Shown piece by piece: positions 55,626 through 64,000 of a DNA stretch of 64,000 bases. How positions within the stretch are numbered: the stretch's first letter is position 1; the number at the start of each line of letters is the position of its first letter. The notes under the pieces were generated by a model, which saw only the letters and a list, made by a program, of their open reading frames with translations, did not search any database and was not told the DNA's origin. Source of the stretch: the human T2T-CHM13v2.0 reference genome, Homo sapiens; assembly GCF_009914755.1 (NCBI RefSeq), contig NC_060931.1. The stretch is one strand, 5' to 3'. The position numbers and the translations under genes were made by a program.

Positions 55626-58529
55626 TGTACCCAAATATAAATAATGGCTAGTCAACGCTGCATTTAACAAATGTTTAGAAATATTAGTTTTTTAAAGGCT
55701 ATCGTAAAATATATAGGTGTGTTTGTGTGTTTACTCACTCTCAAGCAAATGTAAGTGATAACCTATCTGCATATCATTTTCCCTTCTTACACAATGAATT
55801 AGTTGAAACACAGAATTTCTAAGGTTACTTCTGGTTTGGTTACACTTTTTGCACATATGTCTCCCTGCAGAGATGTGCGTATTATATTAGTACACATATA
55901 AATATAAAAGCTGATACTGGTTATGGAGAAAAGATGGACCATTTGCTACAGTCTTTGGTAATAAATTCATAAGTCACAGGTTGGTAATCATTTCAAGACA
56001 GTATTAATTGGTTTGCCTCTTTTAGCAAGCCTAATGTAGATTACTAAAGGAAGTATATAGATTAGAATACCCCTTAGCTCAACTACAAATTTTAGAATCC
56101 TTTCACATCTTGTTGCAAAATTTGTTTATCTATAATGTTTTATTACAATGTCTTCTGCTTTGCTAGATTTTGCTTTACTAATTGGGAAACTGAATGATGG
56201 AAATCCATGTGTTAACATAAATTAGGAACTTTTTTTTCCTCGATGATACAGGCTAAATATGATCTCTCCCAAAGGAGCAAGATCTATTATAGCAGAGAAA
56301 ATTGACTCAAAATTAAAGAGATGAGGTTCATGTTGAGCCAGAAATGAAAAACAACATTTTTTAACTGTTTGAAATTCTACGATAATACCTTACAATATCA
56401 CTGACAATATAACTTAGTCTTAGGCAATATTTACCTGACTTATCAAACAATTTTAATATATATTTGTGGAATATGAAAGAAAGTTATATTGTCATATGCC
56501 ATGGAGTGGGGAGCAGGACTCAGAAGCATTTTGCTGATGACCAGGAGAATATTCATGATTTAAATAATAAATTATAGAGTTTAACTATATAAAATGTATG
56601 ACTAAAAGCTCTAAAGCAGATAACACAGTTTTAGTGAAGCACTAAATAAGTGAGAATATTTTATCTGTGAGGGTAATTTGAGGAGCACTTTACCATATTA
56701 AATACTAATAGTTTTACAAAGTTCATGGGCATCTCAGATTATTTTCCTTTCAATTATTTTACAACTACTTTTTATGATACCTAACACATACACAAAAGTA
56801 TAAAAATATTACAATAATCCACCAGATAGCCATCATACAATACCAATAGTTGTCAATGTATACTGTTTTATTTAATCTTTATTCTTTCTTACTCCTCTCC
56901 ACCCCAAATTATTTTAATCCAAAGGTTAGACATCCTATCCTTTCATCCGTAAGAAGTTCTTAATTCTAAAGTATTCAATTTTCTAATTTTTTTTCTTATT
57001 CTAGTTTTGTGTTGTCTTATTTATGAAATCTTTCCCTATTACAAAATTAATAAGGTAGTCTCTTAAATTCTTTCTAAAGTATAGTTATTTTATTTATTAT
57101 TGCCATTTTATGTCTATAATGCATTTAGACTTGATTTATAGGGGATTGTTTCTACTATGTCTATATGCATATCAGTTGCCCAGTATAATTTCTTGAAACT
57201 CTCATCTTTTTACCATTGCTCTGTAGTTTCATTTTGACAAACATCATATGACCCCATGAACATTTACAAAATTGAATCATGTATCAGACTGTAAAGCAAT
57301 TCCCCATCTATTTCAGTTGATTGAAGTCACGAAGGTTATAATCTCTGATCCTAAATAATTATACTAAAAATTGAAACAGATAACTAGAAAATTCTCCATA
57401 TCTTTAGAAGTTAAGGGAACAGAGAATATTTTAGAATGAATGAATAAAAATACTATGAGATCCAGTCAAAGCCAAATTGAAAGCTTATATATTTGCCCCT
57501 AAATGTATTTTTTGCTGGGTATAGAATTCTAGGTGGAGTTATTTTCTTTCTGTTACTCAAACATTTCAATTTTTCTAGCTTCCATTATTTTTATTATAAA
57601 GTCAGCTGTCTTGTGAACACTCATTTGAAGGAAATCTTTCCTTTTTTTCCACAACTGATTTTAATATTTCTTGTTTTATTTGGATTTTATGTAGATTTTC
57701 TATGTTGTGTTTAAGTATAAATTTCTTTTCATTTTTTCCTCTAGGGAATCATAAGACTTCTTCAATTTACAGTTTGTTATCTTTAATCAATTTTGAAAAT
57801 ATTTAGACACTGCTTCTTTTCCTCTCCCTGTCTCATCTCTCAAGTTAAAATAAACCAGCTCTTCTCTTTCTCAATTTTATGTCCTCCCTCTCCGTTAGTA
57901 ATTCCCATCATTTTTGTCTTTCCATATCTCATTCTAGATAGTTTCTTCTGACATATCTTCAGTTCTTAATTGTCTCTTTGGCTGTTTCTAATCAGCCATT
58001 AAATCCATCTATCAAGTTGTAATTTGTTATTGTATTTTCAATTTCTAGATATATTTGAACTATTTTAACATATTCTATTACCGTTATAGTCTCCAACACC
58101 CTAACCAAATTTCAAACTTGGTTTACATTTCATGAGCTTAATAATAATTGAGTTTATGTTTGATAATCCATTACTTATAGCTACTGTGTTTCTGCTTTTT
58201 GTGGTTCTGTTACTTCTCAGTTGGTTATAGTATCTTATCTTCTTATGTGCCTGGCTATATTTAATCATGTGGTGTGTCAATTGGATTGAAAAATTATTAG
58301 ACTAATTGGAAGGCTAGAATACTGTTACTGTGTTACAGGGAAAATTTTAATTTGCTTCTTTGAGACACTTGGTAGAATGACCAGTCCTATACCACCCCAA
58401 TCAATTTTTTTCCCTGTGGATCAAGAATATTCAAATTTGTATTATACTGATTTTGTATAACTAAGGCAAAACTTCTTGACTATTAAGTCAACCAATGGGA
58501 AGGCTTTTCTGTAACTTTTTAAATAAATG

Positions 58530-58884
58530 TGTTATGGACTGAATGTTTGTGTTCCCTCAAAATTAACATGTTAAAATCCTCACCCCTCAATGTGATGGTA
58601 TCAGGAGGTGGGACATTTTTTAGGTGATTAGGTCATGAGGGTGGGTCCCTCATGAATGACATTAGAGTCCTTATAAAAAAGACCCCAGAGAGCTGTCTAT
58701 CCCTCTTTCCACGGTGTGGGAACATAGTGAGAAGATAGCCATCTATTAACCAGAAAAAATACTAAATGTGCTGATACCTTAACATGGGGCTTCCCAGCGT
58801 CCAGAACCATGAGAAATATGTGTCTGTTGTTTATACCACCTAGTCTATGGCATTTTTTAAAAGCAGTTTGAACTGACTCAGCCA
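58530..58884 (+). mobile_element. MLT1A-like MaLR solo LTR
   Basis: tgttatggactgaatgtttgtgttccctcaaaatt...ggtcatgagggtggg...ccacctagtctatgg. Confidence 0.88.
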
Positions 58885-59309
58885 AAGTGTATATCTTGTC
58901 TTCCCGTCAGACTGCATATTTTTCAAAAAAACAAGCTTGTTAAATATTTTATGAGCTCAATATGGTGTTATTTACATTAAAAACCTTTATAAGTTCTAAT
59001 TTAAATCAAGAAAAGTATACTGTGATGAGAATCAACAGAATTACTAATAATTCTGAACTAAATCTTGAAAGGGCCCATAAAAATGATTAACATTGATATA
59101 TTTACTTTGATTCAAAATTAATGCTTAATGGCTTCAATAATTTCTCCTTACACTGATGATGAGAATCCAAATGTATTAAAATAACTGTTTTATTGATGTC
59201 TTTCATTGCCAAAACACAAGGTTAACTCCTGTGAGAGTTTCCAGGCACTTTCTATGTTTATGACTAATTCAGATGACTTTAGAATTATATTTCATCACTA
59301 AGTACTTAC

Positions 59310-59561
59310 TGTAGTTGTAGTTGTTTTTGTGGAAGAAGTTGGCTGTGTTGTGGTCCAGGGAAGGACATGAATTATGACTGTTGTAGTGGCTGACAGCTGA
59401 CTAGGCTTATCCCACCTAATTCATCAGTGACTTCAATAAGTAGCTGGAAAGTCATAGGGCTCTGAACCCCTTGAAATACCTCATACTGGAAATTTTGTGT
59501 GACGGCCAGAAAGGAGGATTAACACCTAGTCTCCTAAGTGTGAATTGATTATTTGTATTTC
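59310..59561 (-). pseudogene. Exon B (252 nt): rest of the last cadherin repeat plus Thr/Ser-rich stalk, two 1-nt deletions
   Basis: Acceptor ctaatcattctcag, donor ACA|gtaagt. Reads GNTNNQFTLRRLGVNPP / LAVTQNFQYEVFQGVQSPMTFQLLIEVTDELGG / KPSQLSATTTVIIHVLPWTTTQPTSSTKTTTT. Frameshifts near 59511 and 59411; restoring 2 nt gives a phase-0 exit. Confidence 0.92.
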
Positions 59562-59740
59562 CTGAGAATGATTAGGTAATAAAAAGGAAATAAAATTACA
59601 TTATGTATTGTGATTTCGACTGTCTTACATTTTTATTTTAAAATATGTTTCATAATATATTTCCAATGGTTACAAAATATCTCACATGAGTATTTTGTAA
59701 AATAGCAGAGAAATAACATTTTTGAAATTATATGACTTAC

Positions 59741-59879
59741 CTCCTACAATTGAATAGCTCAGATGTTCCTGTGGAGAATCTTTGCTAAACAGTTGAGCTG
59801 AATGAAAGGACTCAACAGTGGAATAAATTTGAGTTTCCAAATGTGGTGGATTGCATACAGGAGGCTCATCATTCATATT
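59741..59879 (-). pseudogene. Exon A (139 nt): N-terminal part of the membrane-proximal cadherin repeat
   Basis: Acceptor tttttgttttatag, donor GAG|gtaagt. Reads NMNDEPPVCNPPHLETQIYSTV...KDSPQEHLSYSIVG (xNDxxP cadherin linker), phase 0 to phase 1. Confidence 0.92.
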
Positions 59880-60668
59880 CTATAAAACAAAAATATATTC
59901 TATTTCAGGTTATGTCTTAAAAATCTTGCTGTACTTCATAAATTATTTGCCTAATTTTAGATGCATTATTTTCAGCTTTATAACTGCTAATGATTTATTG
60001 CTCATCACTTACAGTTCATCTTGAATAATATATTTTAGTGTTTCATCACAGATACTTTCTAGTTTGGGGATACTCAGAAGTAAATTCTACATCTTATTTT
60101 TAATTTTATGAATGAGGAATTAATTTTTATTTAATAGATGCCTATTTCCTATGTAATAAGGCTAGGACAGATAATCATGACATTTATGAGATTATTGAAT
60201 TTTAAAGTTAGATTGGAAACTTAGTGGTATAGACATTATTAATCTTTAAATTATTATAGACAGTATTAATAATTTCCCTTTATTCCAGAAGATACATGAC
60301 ATGAAGTCTCTTAAACAATATCTCAGGAGCATTCACCACCTAAAAGGAAGCGTATTTCACTATTAGACAATCTTGTTGTTAGAAACATTCACTTTTAATG
60401 ATTTCAAGTCCTTTTTTTTTGCATGTAAACGCAGCATAGATTTTGTTCTAAAGAAATTCACATTCTAGTATATCATGTGACTTGTTTCAAACATACCGAT
60501 GATTTCAGCAATTAGATTGACAGCGGAATTATATTATCTTTGGGAATGTTTACATTATTTGACTCTAGATTATAGAATCAAAGAGCCTAAGCTTTGACTT
60601 TGATACAAACTGTCTGATAAGCTACTTGCCACCATCTTTCTTCTTCCCTGTAACGGACATTGCTAGTC

Positions 60669-60812
60669 TATTAAAGTAACTGTTTCATTGATATCTGTCA
60701 TTGCCAAAACATACGGATAACTCCGTGAGAGTTCCCAAGCATTTTTTATGTTTACAACTAATTCAGACTATCTAGAATTACGGTTCATTCCTAAATTCTT
60801 ACAATAGTTATG
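60669..60812 (+). repeat. Diverged direct duplicate of 59174-59320 (exon B donor region)
   Basis: Co-linear attaaa.taactgttt.attgat...cattgccaaaaca...gtgagagtt.cca.gca...tatgttta..actaattcaga...tagaatta...cttac. Confidence 0.85.
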
Positions 60813-61723
60813 GCTCCTGAAGAATATACACAGTCTCAGAGTTATTTTCAAAGTAATACTCAACGAAGACACTACTAATTTTTCAGAATGAAATGTAAAA
60901 TCAATCCAATTTATGCCCTTGATTTAAGAAAATGAAGTGCCTACTTCAACTTATACTTTCCTTACTTTCCTTAGTAATACTTGAGCATCCTTGGGCTCTT
61001 CCTCTTTGAACAGTTAGTTTCTTAGAAGCCCACCTGAGAGTGCAGAGCAAATTCCACTGTATTTTTCTCTCCACTGCAGATGCAGCTTGGTTTGCTGGAT
61101 TGTCTGCTGGAGGCCATAAAGGACAGTTGCTAATATTTAAACTCAATTTCACTATTTAAATACTGATTCCTTTAAAATTAAGGCATTGTTAACCATATTT
61201 CCCAGGAAATGACACATCATTAGTCTCCCTCTCTCCTTCCAAGTATAGCTTAAAAAAGGGAAAGATAGCATCTGTTCATTCACAATATTTTTCATAGCTG
61301 CTTTAGTAATAGTACATAATAATAAAACAATTAATATTTATTGAATATCTACCTACATTAATACATATACCACACAATAACACCATGAAAAATATCCTGT
61401 AATAGAAAGTGAAAACAGACAAAATAAAATGTGCAAGCTCAAACACAAATAGAGAGAACCTGAAGTCAAAACACATAACTCTACAGTCCAAATTTTAACT
61501 GGTGTGCTATACTGCCTCTCTACTTAATACTGCTTTCTACTTCACCATTATCAGAGTTTACACTGTTACCAAATGTTCTGCTTCTGTTATGTGCTCTCAG
61601 AAAAAGTCTCCTTTATATCTTAAAAGATATTCTGAATAGTGTCACTTCATTGAAAGAGGGGCATTTCTCAGTCTTTTAAATGATTGTTCAGTTTCCATGC
61701 TCTCAAAGCTGTTTCACATCTAA

Positions 61724-62054
<331 letters not shown>

Positions 62055-63398
62055 ATAAGCTTACATTTTAAATAAAATTCTAAACACTTTCCCCTTGCTG
62101 ATCAAATATTTTTTAAATTAACCAGCCATACTTGTAACATTTTAAAGTGAAATTTTAGTTATAAAACACTTTCAAATCAAACACAGGTATCTAGGTTTGT
62201 CTATGAAAAGAAAAATTATTGCCCAGTATTTAAACTAAACTCTCATTTCTTCCTATTTGTTTCTTTCCATTTCATAAGAAAGGAAAAATATGTACATATA
62301 TATTTCAAGAAAATGCCTGTATAAAACCAGATGTGGAAAAGATATTGAAGGCACAAACAGAAAAACATTGCAGAAATCAATAATCAATAGCTATAATAAG
62401 ATGTGGGTGGAAATTACTGTTAAAATACATTTGTTTATTGTATTATCTTATATTCTGATTTTCCCTGGAGTAGAATAAAAATTTCAGAAAAACTGTTTTC
62501 CTTTGGGTTAGAGAGAATTTGCTATTAATATGAACACACACTGAAATCCACTCCATTACTTAAATAACTCTCACGTCCTATAATACTGTTATTTAATTTT
62601 GTATTATCCTTAAGATGCCCCTCCCTCTTAAGGAAATGATATTTCTTCCATGTAAGGAATGCTTAGTAACCTTTCTAGGAGTAAGCTGAGAGTTCTTCAG
62701 ATAACTATATTTTTTGGACCTACTGATCTACATAGCTTTCTTGCTTTGCAGAGTGTGAGTGCTAAGTTATAGAGTTTTATGCTATAGATACGTTCATACA
62801 AACTACAGATACATTTCACATACAAACACACACACACACATATATATCTAATGGCTGAGATCCTATGATTACAGAATAATCAAGCTGTTTTAAATCCTCA
62901 AAACTGGACATTGGCAGGGTTCCTCACCTCTACAACTTTGCATGATGTGTCTCTTCACAGAAAATTCATTTTACCACTCATTTGCCCACTGGACTTACTC
63001 ATTCCTTCACCTTTTCCTCTCTCCTGAAGTATTCATTTGTGAAATAAAGCAGATATACTGAACTACTAATACTACTGATTGGAATATGCAGCAGGTCTTC
63101 CATGAACAATATATTATAAGACAATATATTATTTAAATTTCAATTGTCTCACACTAAAAAGTCATAGAATAGCACTTATGACCTCTAATGGCTTGATTAT
63201 GGGGGTTCTAGCGTAGTATCATCACTGTAAGCATAGTGTCAATTTATAAAGAAGCAATGAGAATTGTTTAAGAACAAGCACTTTATGGTTATAAGAACAA
63301 GAATTATTAAATGGGAAGAGCATGAGTTAGTTAATTGAATTGAAATTATCCATGGATTTTCTTATGAAGCTTGTTACCTTTAAAACTGAATCCATATC

Positions 63399-63773
63399 AA
63401 TACTATGCAGCCATAAAGAAGAATGAGTTCATGTCCTTTGCAGGAACATGGTTGAAGCTGGAAGCATCATTCTCAGCAAACTAACATAGGAACAGAAAAC
63501 CAAACACCGCACATTCTCACTCATAAGTGGAAGTTGAACAATGAGAACACATGGACACAGGGAGGGCAACATCACACGCCCGAGCCTGTTGGGGGTTGGG
63601 GGGGCTAGGGGAGCGAGAGCATTGAGACAAATACCTAATGCATGCAGGGTTTAAAATCTAGATGACGAGTGGATAGGTGCAGCAAACCACCCTGGCACAT
63701 GTATACCTATGTAACAAATCTGCATGTTCTGCACATGTATCCCAGATCTTAAAGTAAAATTTTTTAAAAAAGG
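63399..63773 (+). mobile_element. 5'-truncated L1PA7/8-like 3' end
   Basis: L1 ORF2 end and 3'UTR; TSD gaatccatatc (63388-63398, 63774-63784). Confidence 0.95.
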
Positions 63774-64000
63774 GAATCCATATCTTTAATGAGGAATCAA
63801 CAAGCCTAAAGAGAGTAAGCATTATTAAAAAGGATAAAGTAGAAGGACAATATCCTTAGTGAGTATAATAATATTCGTTATCCAGAAATTGTCAAAAGAC
63901 TTTCAAAAATATTTATATGATTATTTATGGCTTTTATTTATTGGTGGCTTCCAAGTTCATCTCTTGACCTAATTTTCTAGACCTGTAATTTTTCAACAAT

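Noticed and set aside
60012-60147. Strong minus-strand donor (ACT|gtaagt) with a possible acceptor
   Set aside because: The translation is not cadherin-like and contains stops. The expected LDYE exon was not found within the window.
60505-60647. AG..GT-bounded candidate upstream cadherin exon (minus strand)
   Set aside because: Stops in all three frames and no LDYE/cadherin motifs.

Overview
AT-rich primate (human-like) genomic DNA dominated by interspersed repeats (Alu, L1, L2/MIR, MaLR, ERV1/ERVL LTRs, two decayed ERVL proviruses, a complete THE1A). I found no intact protein-coding gene. Nearly all ORFs in the supplied track are repeat-derived or random. The main hidden signal is the 3' part of a decayed, intron-containing cadherin-related gene on the minus strand (about 33.5-59.9 kb), of CDHR3/CDHR4 type. 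It has eight exons with largely canonical splice sites and mutually consistent phases. They encode the last extracellular cadherin repeat, a Thr-rich stalk, a transmembrane helix and a cytoplasmic tail ending in the CDHR3/4-type 'DG..DPVTG..Y.F.SKTG' motif. Several frameshifts and two nonsense codons disable it. It is probably a unitary pseudogene; CDHR17P or CDHR18P are the candidates, which cannot be verified from sequence alone. Upstream exons probably lie beyond the window end. Repeat subfamily names are from memory of consensus sequences and should be confirmed with RepeatMasker/Dfam.
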